Source: Parcubacteria group bacterium GW2011_GWF2_45_11 (GTDB taxonomy: Bacteria; Patescibacteriota; Patescibacteriia; UBA1558; UBA10009). From it: DNA of 64,000 nt. Position numbers and translations under genes: made by a program. Below the pieces are notes generated by a model. The model ran no database searches, was not told the origin of the DNA, and saw only the letters and a program-made list of their open reading frames with translations. The stretch is taken from positions 8,208 to 72,207 of the forward strand of contig LCKE01000001.1 in the NCBI GenBank assembly GCA_001001205.1, given 5' to 3'. Shown piece by piece: positions 12,129 through 21,523 of this stretch. The first letter of the stretch is position 1. Each line of letters opens with the position of its first letter.

Positions 12129-12668
12129 TTAATCGTTGGCCTTTAACCAATAAGTGTAACCGAGCAATTTAACCTCCAGCCGGGCATCGCCGCTTTGTTT
12201 TACGTCAATATTCTGAATGGTCAGATTATAGGGCATTTGGTGCAAGGCTTTTAAGTATTGCAAAAAATTATCAAAGGTGCCGCTAATGACAAAATTAAAA
12301 GGGACCTGAATAATGTGGCCGCTTAGGGCTGTATTATTGACGCCTAAATCCAATTTTTGGTTCAAAGAAAATTTATCGGCCAGCTCTTCCAGTTTGGTTA
12401 CGAGCGAAAGTTCATCCCCGGTTTCAATGAACAGCGATTCGTATTCGGGCAGCTTGTCGTAATAGCTTTGATAGGCCTGGGAAAATTTTTCCACGCCTGC
12501 CCCGGCGGTGTACTTAGATTCCAGCGCTTCCGCCTCCGCGGTCAGGGTCAGGTTAATATTTTTTAAACTATTATAATTGGGGCTGACTAAAAGTAACACC
12601 ACCAAAACTAAAATAATGAGCAAAACAGCGTATTTAATCAGGTTGACTATTGGTAATTTAAAAGTCAT
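12129..12668 (-). CDS. pilO: type IV pilus assembly protein PilO-like
   Basis: 179 aa with an N-terminal TM and a coiled-coil. Gene order is pilM-pilN-pilO with 4-bp overlaps. Confidence 0.55.
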   Translation of the reverse strand: MTFKLPIVNLIKYAVLLIILVLVVLLLVSPNYNSLKNINLTLTAEAEALESKYTAGAGVEKFSQAYQSYYDKLPEYESLFIETGDELSLVTKLEELADKFSLNQKLDLGVNNTALSGHIIQVPFNFVISGTFDNFLQYLKALHQMPYNLTIQNIDVKQSGDARLEVKLLGYTYWLKAND

Positions 12669-13186
12669 TTGAGCGATCCTTTAATAGTAAAAGTAATATC
12701 TTCTTTTTTTAAAATGTCGGTCAAGGGGAAATCAAGATTGGAAAAATAATCCGAAGCCTCCAAATTGCCGCGAAATTTTAGATAGCTGTCCCTGGTTTTT
12801 GCAAAACCGTGCAAATTAAACTGCTGGGATGTGCTTTGGCCGTTAAATTCCAGGATGGCCACGTCTTCGGGGGTCAGGCCAGATAACACTTTAAGCAACT
12901 CCGTCCAGTTATAATTATCGGACTGAATCGCATAAAGCAGGTTAATTTTTTCATTAAGGTCCGACACCTTGTCCGTTAAAAAACGGTTATCGGCGGCCGA
13001 CTTTTCGCGGTCATAATTTACCTCGTCGTTCAAGACGCTGATAAAATTGTTAAAGGGTATTAGGATGATGGAAATTAAAATGGCGATCACGACCGTTAAA
13101 CCTAAGATATTCTCTATGTCAATATAAAGCTTATGCTTTTTAAGGTAAGTTTGCTGTTCGGGTGAGATGAGATTTAATTTGATCAT
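12665..13186 (-). CDS. pilN: type IV pilus assembly protein PilN-like
   Basis: 173 aa with an N-terminal TM, immediately downstream of pilM. Confidence 0.6.
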   Translation of the reverse strand: MIKLNLISPEQQTYLKKHKLYIDIENILGLTVVIAILISIILIPFNNFISVLNDEVNYDREKSAADNRFLTDKVSDLNEKINLLYAIQSDNYNWTELLKVLSGLTPEDVAILEFNGQSTSQQFNLHGFAKTRDSYLKFRGNLEASDYFSNLDFPLTDILKKEDITFTIKGSLK

Positions 13187-13187
13187 G

Positions 13188-14303
13188 TCAGCTGAGATAA
13201 ATATGGCGTAAGGCCAAACCGATGGCCGTGGTAAATGACTGGATTTTACTTTCCGGCAGGCGGATTTTGCCGGCGGAAATATTCACCAAGGGATCGGCGT
13301 AGGCAACTTCCATGTTAACGGACTCTTTTAAAAATAGGTCTAAGCCGGGGACTAAAGAGCCGCCGCCGGTTAAATAAAGTCGCTTGATCGGTTCCGGCAC
13401 ATCATAGTGCTCCTGGTAAAAATAATTAGCTTCGCGTATTTTTTGCGCCAATTTGTCTGCCTCCGGCCTGAGGATTTTATAACAGCTGCCTCCGGCCAAA
13501 TTTTTATTTAAGCCGATTTTGATTTTGGCGTCTTCAGCCTCGCTCAGCGTGATTTTAAGCTTGTTCTTTAAAACTTTAGTCAGATCATTGCTGGAAAAAG
13601 TCAACGAGAGCGAAAAGGGGATGGCGTTATTTTCATAAATAATCAAGCCGGTCCGGGAGGCACCCATATCCAGAATCATCACTGGCTCTTTAATTTTTTG
13701 CTGAACGGGAAAAAGACTGCGGACGATGGCCGCTCCTTCAATCTCCAGGGCGGCCGGCATCAAGTTCGCTTTTATCAAAACTTGCTGGTAATTGTCCACG
13801 ATTTCTTTGGGGCAGGCGCCGATTAAAACTTTTGACCGGTCACGGCTGACGTATTGCCAGTCCAAATAAACTTCATCAAGGGGATAGGGGATGTGTTTTT
13901 TTGCTTCCTGGACGATTTCCTCCAGAAGATCCTTGCCTTCTGGATAAGCCAAATTGATCAGCTTGATAAAAGTTTTTTGTTCCGCCAGGCAGGCGATTAC
14001 CTGTTTTAATTTTATTTTCTGTCCATGCGCCTGGTTGAATAACTGTAAAATGAGTTTGACCGCCACATTCACCTGTTCTATTTTACCGTCTTTTAGCAGG
14101 CCTTCCGGAACTTCCAACTCGCCATAACTGATTAAAGTGATTTTTTTGCGGCTTTTGCGCAACTGAACCAAACGGAATATTCTTTCGCTGATATCAAGGC
14201 CAAGGCTTTTATTTTGAAAAAAATTAAGGTCCATTTTTATATTATAACATAAGGTCCGGCTAATTTCATGCTTAAAGTTAGTATTCCTCTTCCCAGTGCT
14301 CAA
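13188..14303 (-). CDS. pilM: type IV pilus assembly protein PilM (actin-like ATPase fold)
   Basis: LGLDISERIFRLVQL start and GGGS..G C-terminal motifs of the PilM/FtsA-like family. The start is probably the internal Met at ~14234. Confidence 0.8.
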   Translation of the reverse strand: MSTGKRNTNFKHEISRTLCYNIKMDLNFFQNKSLGLDISERIFRLVQLRKSRKKITLISYGELEVPEGLLKDGKIEQVNVAVKLILQLFNQAHGQKIKLKQVIACLAEQKTFIKLINLAYPEGKDLLEEIVQEAKKHIPYPLDEVYLDWQYVSRDRSKVLIGACPKEIVDNYQQVLIKANLMPAALEIEGAAIVRSLFPVQQKIKEPVMILDMGASRTGLIIYENNAIPFSLSLTFSSNDLTKVLKNKLKITLSEAEDAKIKIGLNKNLAGGSCYKILRPEADKLAQKIREANYFYQEHYDVPEPIKRLYLTGGGSLVPGLDLFLKESVNMEVAYADPLVNISAGKIRLPESKIQSFTTAIGLALRHIYLS

Positions 14304-15513
14304 TATTAATAATCGGCGAGGCTAATGGATTACCTAAAGTCGCGTCGATTTTTGGTTTATCGTAAGTAAAATTTAAATCGTCCCATAGATTAAGCAGGGA
14401 AAAATTACGGCAAATAATACCGCCGTTAATAACGAGATCAATGTTTAAAGCATCTATGGTAACGGTGTTGTAAGCGTAAATCAGGCCGGAGACCCCGATA
14501 TGATCGGCGTAGCTACCAAAATTAAGGTTTTTTTTGGTCAAAATGCCTGAGGGGTTGGAACCGGCCGCGCTGACGCTGAGAAACGGCCCGCTTTTCCAAA
14601 AGGGCCAGAATTCAGTGCCAATGCTGATGTTGCCGTCGGCCACCAGCACGCCGCTAACATTTAAGACCTGCCCGCGGGGAATGACGATATTGCCGGTAAC
14701 GTAAGTAATGCCGCTTAAAGTCAGATTGGGCTGGCCGACCATTAAGTTGCTGAATTGATTGGCCGTGTAAACATTGTCCGCCCGGCTTAAAAAGGATGCT
14801 GGATCAGCGGAATCAAAGTCGATTTGCGGCATTTCCACCTGATCGGCAGGCGGTGGAAAATTAGCGGCATGATAATCGCTGGCGTTGATGCTGGAGTTCC
14901 AGGAAGTGGTAATATTGTTGACGGCGTAGGCGTCTAAACCAATGTTAACCTCGCTAAAAAAAGTCGCTTCAATGTTATTATTGGCGAAAATCCCGCCATT
15001 GGTAAATTCCAAGCTGGCGCCGCTAAAGCCTATGTTATGGTCGGCAAACAGCAAAATGTCGTCTAAGGGCTCGGGATTTAAGGCCTGAAAAATTTTGGTT
15101 TTAACAACCCGCTGCGCCTGCGACTCGCCTGAGTCGTTGAGGCCGGTGGTGGTGATTTCCGCTTCCCCCAAACCCGTGTTGGCGACGGTTACGTCATAAG
15201 AAACGCCGTTGTCAAAAATGTCTTCGCGGGTGATGGTCGCTCTCCAGCCGGGATCGGTTTGGAAACTGTTATTCCAGCCGGGATCGTTTTTTATTTTCCA
15301 AATCGCTTCCTGAATGCCGGCCTCGGTGGAGTAATAGGTTTGCGTGGAGAAATTCTGGCTGATGGAAATCTTGGAATCCGTGGTGACAAAATCCAAAAAA
15401 TAAAAAGCCAGCAACAATAATACGCCCAAAACCACGGTCACGGAAACTAGAATAAAGCCTTGCGGCGTTTTGTTCATCATAAGTTTAACTGCGGGTATTA
15501 CGGCCCCAGACAC
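14278..15513 (-). CDS. large membrane-anchored pilus-associated protein (beta-helix-like Asn/Gly-rich repeats)
   Basis: 411 aa with an N-terminal TM and a repetitive N/G/I-rich C-terminal region. It sits between the pseudopilin genes and pilM. Confidence 0.4.
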   Translation of the reverse strand: MSGAVIPAVKLMMNKTPQGFILVSVTVVLGVLLLLAFYFLDFVTTDSKISISQNFSTQTYYSTEAGIQEAIWKIKNDPGWNNSFQTDPGWRATITREDIFDNGVSYDVTVANTGLGEAEITTTGLNDSGESQAQRVVKTKIFQALNPEPLDDILLFADHNIGFSGASLEFTNGGIFANNNIEATFFSEVNIGLDAYAVNNITTSWNSSINASDYHAANFPPPADQVEMPQIDFDSADPASFLSRADNVYTANQFSNLMVGQPNLTLSGITYVTGNIVIPRGQVLNVSGVLVADGNISIGTEFWPFWKSGPFLSVSAAGSNPSGILTKKNLNFGSYADHIGVSGLIYAYNTVTIDALNIDLVINGGIICRNFSLLNLWDDLNFTYDKPKIDATLGNPLASPIINIEHWEEEY

Positions 15514-16087
15514 CGGTGTAAAAATGCTCCGTCAGATCAAATTTATTCAGCCAGATTTCCAGATAAATAACTGGATCTCCGTAAAATTTCAGGTCGGAGA
15601 TATATTCGGCGATAATTTTATTTTCTAAAGTAGTCTGAATAGGCGGCTGGCCAAATTCGTCTTCTTCATTCCAGACCACGTAAGTGCCCGGCTCTTCGGC
15701 AAAGGCGTAAACCAGGCGTTGGCGGTATAACGAGCCATCAATCAGGTAATATCTCAAATATTGGATGTCCTCAAGGCCATGGCCGTCCTGAAACTGAATT
15801 TCACTGGCGGGCGGAAAGCCTATTTCAGATTTAGTAGGGGGGAGCGCCGTGGCAATCTCCGGAGTTTGCCTGAGTTCCCTGGTCAGACGGTCCAAAACTA
15901 CCCGGGCGTTTTGCACCAGTTCCAAGCGGGTGTCGCCGATTTTGAATGATTTTTGCGAAACCAGATAAATATCATAGGTCATTAAAAAAATCAGCATAGT
16001 GACGGAAATGACAATCACCAGTTCAATGACGCTGAACCCAGCGGACGGTTTGGTAATTTTAACTTTTTTGTGCCAGATAACAGTCAT
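15485..16087 (-). CDS. prepilin-type N-terminal cleavage/methylation domain protein (minor pilin/pseudopilin)
   Basis: GFSVIELVIVISV class III signal motif (G-F-S/T-x-I/L-E). Confidence 0.65.
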   Translation of the reverse strand: MTVIWHKKVKITKPSAGFSVIELVIVISVTMLIFLMTYDIYLVSQKSFKIGDTRLELVQNARVVLDRLTRELRQTPEIATALPPTKSEIGFPPASEIQFQDGHGLEDIQYLRYYLIDGSLYRQRLVYAFAEEPGTYVVWNEEDEFGQPPIQTTLENKIIAEYISDLKFYGDPVIYLEIWLNKFDLTEHFYTGVWGRNTRS

Positions 16088-16097
16088 CGTCTAAAGC

Positions 16098-16574
16098 TTA
16101 AAAATCGTTAATTAACGTAACCAGGCTGGTAGTGGACCGCTGGCTACTAAAGGGGCTCAGCCAGCTGACGTAAACTTGAACTTTTTTTAAGCCTAAATCC
16201 TGCCCGACCGTTTCTAGATCAGCGTTGACGTAATTGATGACCGTCAGTCGGGTAAAACCGCTAAAATCCTCATCAATAGCGCTGAGGCTGTCTTCGGTCA
16301 CGCTACCGGGGTTTAAATTTCCGTAGCTCTCGCTGATAAGCTCCTCCATCCTGGCCTGGGCCAAATTGGTGGCCCGCGTGGTATTTTTTGCCTGTTGGCC
16401 GGCTTTTAAGCCTAAAGGAAAGAGCTGGACTATGGCTAAAACCGCCACCGTCAGGATGGCTAAAGCGATCAGTGTTTCAATCAAAGTAAAACCAGCCTCA
16501 CTCAGGTTGGCCAAGGTTAATTTAGGCTGACGGTGAAGATGGTGTTTTAAAAACCTGCCTTTAAGGTGCTTCAT
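16098..16574 (-). CDS. prepilin-type pilin
   Basis: GFTLIETLIALAIL prepilin motif. Confidence 0.65.
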   Translation of the reverse strand: MKHLKGRFLKHHLHRQPKLTLANLSEAGFTLIETLIALAILTVAVLAIVQLFPLGLKAGQQAKNTTRATNLAQARMEELISESYGNLNPGSVTEDSLSAIDEDFSGFTRLTVINYVNADLETVGQDLGLKKVQVYVSWLSPFSSQRSTTSLVTLINDF

Positions 16575-17010
16575 AGGTTTGCCAGGTAATATATCCCGAT
16601 GGCTTAATGTTAATGACAGTCTGATTTTGGGTTGACTGATGAGTCAGATAAAGCTGTCCGGCGAAATCCACCGAACCGCCGGCGTTGTACACTATTTCGT
16701 CATCAAGCAAACCGATTTGACTGGCAAAAAAAACATCTTCAGCCAGCTGTAAATCTTTGACGGTCACCTCAGGATCGCTTTGTTTAACCAGGTGGTAATC
16801 CGCGCCTAAAATGTCAAAGCTCAGGGCGTGCTTGACTTGTCCGGTAATGGCCAGCTGTTGGGCCAATTTTAAATTAACCACAAATTCCTTGGTGGCATTT
16901 TGGAGCTGCAAATTTTTGGTGTACTCGCTTAAAGAGGGGAAAGTGGCCGCTGAAACAATAACCATGATCCCTAAAACAATAAGCAGTTGCGCCACGGAAA
17001 AACCTTTCAT
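16561..17010 (-). CDS. prepilin-type pilin
   Basis: MKGFSVAQLLIVLGIMVIV prepilin N-terminus. Confidence 0.65.
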   Translation of the reverse strand: MKGFSVAQLLIVLGIMVIVSAATFPSLSEYTKNLQLQNATKEFVVNLKLAQQLAITGQVKHALSFDILGADYHLVKQSDPEVTVKDLQLAEDVFFASQIGLLDDEIVYNAGGSVDFAGQLYLTHQSTQNQTVINIKPSGYITWQTYEAP

Positions 17011-17030
17011 AAAAAGCGTGTAACATGTAA

Positions 17031-17060
17031 CCTGCCCGTCACGACAACGAGCCGGGCGGG
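17031..17060. repeat. conserved-loop GC hairpin, copy 1 (CCTGCCCG-tcACGACAACgAGc-CGGGCGGG)
   Basis: 8-bp GC stem with a 14-nt loop. The same stem and loop recur at 33031-33060 and 54025-54055. Confidence 0.55.
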
Positions 17061-17084
17061 TAACTCTTCATTCTTAAACTGATA

Positions 17085-18221
17085 TCAAAACTTTTGAGTC
17101 AAAGAATACATTGGCATAATGATGGCGATGGCCATGATGGCGACGCCGGCGCCCAAGATCAACATCAATACCGGCTCAATAATGGAGGGCAGGGTTTTCA
17201 TAATCTGATCAATCTCGTCTTCGTAAAAACTCGCCAGTTCGGCCAGAATGCTGTCAACCTGGCCTGTCTCTTCGCCCGTCATAATCATCTGGATGATAAC
17301 CGGCGGAAATAAGCGCGGATATTCGCTCAAAGCGTTGGCGATGGTACCGCCTTCCTTAAGTTTTTTGGCCGATTCAACTAACGCCTGGCGGTAATGGCGG
17401 TTGTTCAAGGTTTTTGAAGCGACCTCAAATGTTTTGATGATCGGAATGTCCGTTTTAATCAAGGAACTCAAGGTTCTGGCAAACTTAGCGATGTTGATTT
17501 TACAAACAATCGGCCCGCAAATGGGCAATCTTAAAATCAGTCCGTGGAAAATGTACTTGCCTTTTTTTGAACGGATAAAAGCGATAAATGAGATGATAAC
17601 CGCCAAAGCCAAAGCGGCGCTCAACAGGCCGTGGCTGATGATAAAATCGGAAGTATTGATCAGCAGTTTGGTGGCCACGGGCAAATCGGCGCTAACCTGA
17701 TCAAACAGGCTGGTAATTTTGGGGATGACAAAAATTAACATGCCAATGCCGATTAAAACCATGGCAATTAAAACAATCACCGGATAGGTCATGGCCGATT
17801 TAATGCGGCTCTTCAGCTCATTGCCTTTTTTTATCTGCAGATAAATCTGACCCAAAACCTCATCAAGTTTTCCGGAGATACTGCCAGCTTCCACCATATT
17901 AATGAATAATTCGCCAAAGGTGCTCTTAAACTTGCCTAAACTGTCCTGAAAGGCCACGCCTTTTTCCGTATCCTGGTATAAAGAAGTGATGATGCTCTTG
18001 AATTTTTTGTTGCTCATCTGCAGAGCCAGAGTCTTCAACGAGCGGTCCAAAGGCAGGCCGCTTTTGGTCATAACCTGTAAATTTTGGACAAAAAACTGTT
18101 TCTCTTTGGAAGAAATTGTGTTAAGTCCTTGGGTCAGTTGAAGCAAACGGCTGAATTTACCCTTATTTTTGGCAATCAGGTTTTCCTCTGATTGTTGAAT
18201 CCGCTTTAGATCTAAAGCCAT
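17085..18221 (-). CDS. pilC: type IV pilus assembly platform protein PilC (GspF family)
   Basis: 378 aa with two T2SF domains and three TM segments. Confidence 0.85.
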   Translation of the reverse strand: MALDLKRIQQSEENLIAKNKGKFSRLLQLTQGLNTISSKEKQFFVQNLQVMTKSGLPLDRSLKTLALQMSNKKFKSIITSLYQDTEKGVAFQDSLGKFKSTFGELFINMVEAGSISGKLDEVLGQIYLQIKKGNELKSRIKSAMTYPVIVLIAMVLIGIGMLIFVIPKITSLFDQVSADLPVATKLLINTSDFIISHGLLSAALALAVIISFIAFIRSKKGKYIFHGLILRLPICGPIVCKINIAKFARTLSSLIKTDIPIIKTFEVASKTLNNRHYRQALVESAKKLKEGGTIANALSEYPRLFPPVIIQMIMTGEETGQVDSILAELASFYEDEIDQIMKTLPSIIEPVLMLILGAGVAIMAIAIIMPMYSLTQKF

Positions 18222-18236
18222 AAAAAAAGCTAATAA

Positions 18237-19964
18237 TTATTCCTGGGTCACTCTTAGCACTTCCTCAATGCTGGTCAGGCCTTTTAGAGCTTTCATAAAA
18301 CCGTCCTGAGTTAAAGTCAGCATTTTATCGCTGATGGCCTGTCGGTGGATTTCTTCAGCCGTGCCTTTGCGGGCGATCAGTTCGGCGATCTTGGGCGTCA
18401 TGTCCAAAACTTCGTAAATGCCGGTACGGCCCTTATAACCGGACTGGCCGCATTGCTTACAGCCTTTACCCTTGTAAAATAAAATTGACTCAAACGTGCT
18501 TTTTTGTTTGGAAATCATGCCTTCTTTGACCAAAAATTCCTTGATGCCGTCCAGATCAAAATGAAGCTTGAGCTGATCAACGACTTTTTTGTCAAGGTTA
18601 TAGCTGATCATGCAGTGCTTGCAGATTTTCCTGACCAGGCGCTGGGCCACGATGGCAATGACCGTCGTGGCCACCAAGAAAGGCTGGACGTTCATATTTA
18701 AAAGGCGCTGGGGTGTGCTGGCGGCATCGTTGGTGTGGACCGTGGACAAAACCAAGTGCCCGGTCATGGCGGCGTTAATGGCAATCTCGGCCGTTTCCTG
18801 ATCCCTGATTTCGCCGACCATGATGATATTAGGATCCTGCCGCAAGAGCGCCCTCAAACCGGCCGCGAAAGTGAAGTCTATTTTGGGATTGACCTGGCTT
18901 TGATTTATACGCGGCATGCGGTATTCAATGGGATCTTCCACCGTGGAAATGTTAACTTCTGGCTTGTTCAAAACGTTCATAATAGTATATAAGGTGGTGG
19001 TTTTGCCCGAGCCGGTTGGGCCGGTCACTAAAATCATGCCGTGGGGTTTTTCAATGCTTGTTTTTAAAATTTCAAATGGCCTGGTCTGCAGACCCAAATC
19101 CGTCAGATCCAGTTTTTTTTGCGCTTCGTTTAACAGCCTTAACACGACTTTTTCGCCGTCAAAAACGGGAATGATGGAAACTCTAAAAGCCACCTTGTAC
19201 TGCGGGCTGGAAATTTTAAAACGGCCGTCCTGGGGCAGGCGGTGCTCGTCAAGCTTCAAGTTGGACAAAACCTTGATCCTGGCGACTAAGCCTGATTGGA
19301 CACTTTTCGGCAGAGTCATAACGTCCCGTAAAATGCCGTCCAAACGGTATCGGATGACCAAGTTTTTTTCGGTCGGCTCAATATGAATATCCGAAGCGTC
19401 TTCAAAAATGGCGTATTCCAGCAGCGTATCCACGATCCTTACCACCGGCAGATCCTGCGCCAGTTCTTTTAAATCCTTGTCCTGATTATTCACGTCTTCT
19501 TCGCTTTTGCTGATATTTTGAAACTCCGCTTCCAGGCTTTGGTGATACTGCTTTAAAGCCTCCTTGATTGAATTCGGGGTGGTTAAGTGGATGACTAGGT
19601 CCGTTTCCAGCTTTTTCTTTAAAAATTCTATTGTCTGCAAATCTGTCGGATCGGTGGTAGCGATGCTGATACCTCTCTCATCGCGGTTAAAAGCGATAAT
19701 TTCGTGCGTTTGGGCGATCGGCTCGGGAATCAAAAATAAAATATCCTTGCGGATAGTCTCATTTTTGAGATTAATCAATTCCAGATTGTAAAATTTGGCA
19801 ATTTGGGCGTAAAGTGCGCTTGGGTCAACTAAATTATTTTCCAGCACGTGAGCAAACAGGGAAGATTGATTTTTTTTAGCGTCTTTTTGGGCGGCCTTTA
19901 AGGTTTCCTCATCAATCAGGCTGTTAGACGTTAAAAGTGTAACCAGTTTTTTATCTTCTATCAT
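18237..19964 (-). CDS. pilB: type IV pilus assembly ATPase PilB (GspE family)
   Basis: Walker A GPTGSGKTTTL, Asp and His boxes, and a C-terminal tetracysteine motif (CKQCGQSGYKGRTGIYEV). Confidence 0.9.
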   Translation of the reverse strand: MIEDKKLVTLLTSNSLIDEETLKAAQKDAKKNQSSLFAHVLENNLVDPSALYAQIAKFYNLELINLKNETIRKDILFLIPEPIAQTHEIIAFNRDERGISIATTDPTDLQTIEFLKKKLETDLVIHLTTPNSIKEALKQYHQSLEAEFQNISKSEEDVNNQDKDLKELAQDLPVVRIVDTLLEYAIFEDASDIHIEPTEKNLVIRYRLDGILRDVMTLPKSVQSGLVARIKVLSNLKLDEHRLPQDGRFKISSPQYKVAFRVSIIPVFDGEKVVLRLLNEAQKKLDLTDLGLQTRPFEILKTSIEKPHGMILVTGPTGSGKTTTLYTIMNVLNKPEVNISTVEDPIEYRMPRINQSQVNPKIDFTFAAGLRALLRQDPNIIMVGEIRDQETAEIAINAAMTGHLVLSTVHTNDAASTPQRLLNMNVQPFLVATTVIAIVAQRLVRKICKHCMISYNLDKKVVDQLKLHFDLDGIKEFLVKEGMISKQKSTFESILFYKGKGCKQCGQSGYKGRTGIYEVLDMTPKIAELIARKGTAEEIHRQAISDKMLTLTQDGFMKALKGLTSIEEVLRVTQE

Positions 19965-20067
19965 AAGTCAAAATTTTTTCGGTTTTAAAATTGTTGACAT
20001 TCAACTTGTTTAATTATAACATATATACCACAATTCAAATAGACTTTAACTGGTTAAAGCTGGTATA

Positions 20068-20445
20068 ATGCCTTTTAGGATGATCAATTCATTTGAACAA
20101 AACCTCAGGGATTTTTTGAGCAAGCCGATTTTGTATCTGCCGTTTTTTTTAGCCTGCTTTTTAAATCTGCTACTCTGGCTGTTTCTGCTTGTCCGTATTC
20201 AGCCTTCGGCCGCCTGGATTCCGCTTCATTACAATGTTAATTTCGGCATTGATTTCCTCGGTCCGTGGCTGTACATTTTTCTTTTCCCTTCGGCCGGCTT
20301 CGCCGTGATCGTTCTTAATCTGATCCTCGCACTTTCCTTTCAGATTAAGGAGGTCTTACTGACCAGACTGCTGGTTTGGTCGGCCGTTATTGTCCAGTTG
20401 TTCATCATTTTGAGCCTGTTTTTTTTGGCGCTTAATAGTTTTTAA
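20068..20445 (+). CDS. small polytopic membrane protein, hypothetical
   Basis: 125 aa with three or four hydrophobic helices, upstream of mraY. Confidence 0.35.
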   Translation: MPFRMINSFEQNLRDFLSKPILYLPFFLACFLNLLLWLFLLVRIQPSAAWIPLHYNVNFGIDFLGPWLYIFLFPSAGFAVIVLNLILALSFQIKEVLLTRLLVWSAVIVQLFIILSLFFLALNSF

Positions 20446-20451
20446 ACAAGC

Positions 20452-21501
20452 ATGATCGCGAATTTTGCCATTATTAAAATTTTTCTTTTGACCACTGCGG
20501 CATTTGTTTTGGCCATTGCCTTAACTCCCTGGCTGACCCACTATCTGTATAAATACAAAGCCGGCAAGCAGATCAGGAGTTCGGAAATGGCGCCGATTTA
20601 CTTTCAGCTTCACCAAAAAAAAGCCGGCACGCCCACCATGGGCGGCATCATCATCTGGTTGACGGTTTTGCTGATCGCCGTCATTTTGTTTTATTTGGAC
20701 CAGCTGACGTCTTTGACTATTTTTCATAATCTTAATTTTTTGACCCGCTCGCAGACTCTTCTGCCCTTGGGCGCTTTGGTCGCCTCGGCCATTATCGGCT
20801 TGGTTGATGATTGGCTGGGGTTAAAGAAAGCCGGCCGCCGGGGCCAAGGCTTAGGCGTCCGACACAAACTTTTAATTTATACCGCCATCGCCGCCGTTGG
20901 CTCCTGGTGGTTTTATTTTAAGCTGGATTGGGATCTGTTGCACATTCCGTTTTTGGGTAATTTTGAAATCGGCTGGTGGTACATTCCCATCTTTATTTTT
21001 ATAATTGTGGCCACTTCTTTTTCGGTTAATGAAACAGACGGCCTGGATGGCCTGGCCGGCGGCGTCTTACTGACTTCTTTTGGCAGTCTGGCCGCTATCG
21101 CCTTTATTTTAGGCAAATACGATTTGGCCACTTTTTGCGGGGTGATCATCGGCGCTTTGCTGGCCTTTTTGTGGTTTAACATCAATCCGGCCAGGTTTAT
21201 CATGGGCGATACCGGTTCCATGTCTTTAGGCGTAACTTTGGGCATCGTGGCCATGCTGACCAACACCGCTTTACTGTTGCCGTTGATCAGCATCGTGCTG
21301 GTGATTGAATCACTATCAGTCATCGTTCAATTAATTTCCAAAAAACTCCGCCATGGCAAAAAAGTCTTTCTCTCGGCGCCCATTCACCATCATCTGGAAG
21401 CCAAAGGCTGGCCGGAACCGAAAATTGTCATGCGGTTCTGGGTGATTTCCGGCGTTTCTGCCACCATCGGGCTGATTATCTTTTTACTGGATAAAGTTTG
21501 A
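20452..21501 (+). CDS. mraY: phospho-N-acetylmuramoyl-pentapeptide transferase
   Basis: MraY blocks present: TPTMGGIII, DDWLGLKK, NETDGLDGLAGG, HHHLEAKGW. Confidence 0.9.
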   Translation: MIANFAIIKIFLLTTAAFVLAIALTPWLTHYLYKYKAGKQIRSSEMAPIYFQLHQKKAGTPTMGGIIIWLTVLLIAVILFYLDQLTSLTIFHNLNFLTRSQTLLPLGALVASAIIGLVDDWLGLKKAGRRGQGLGVRHKLLIYTAIAAVGSWWFYFKLDWDLLHIPFLGNFEIGWWYIPIFIFIIVATSFSVNETDGLDGLAGGVLLTSFGSLAAIAFILGKYDLATFCGVIIGALLAFLWFNINPARFIMGDTGSMSLGVTLGIVAMLTNTALLLPLISIVLVIESLSVIVQLISKKLRHGKKVFLSAPIHHHLEAKGWPEPKIVMRFWVISGVSATIGLIIFLLDKV

Positions 21502-21523
21502 CCTTTTTAAACCAGAAAATTTT

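Noticed and set aside
18916-19386. 156-aa plus-strand ORF inside pilB, and similar antisense or nested ORFs (e.g. 46606-47229, 44741-45208, 39022-39534, 33457-33873)
   Set aside because: They lie antisense or out of frame within well-supported genes, lack motifs, and arise from the codon bias of the opposing strand.
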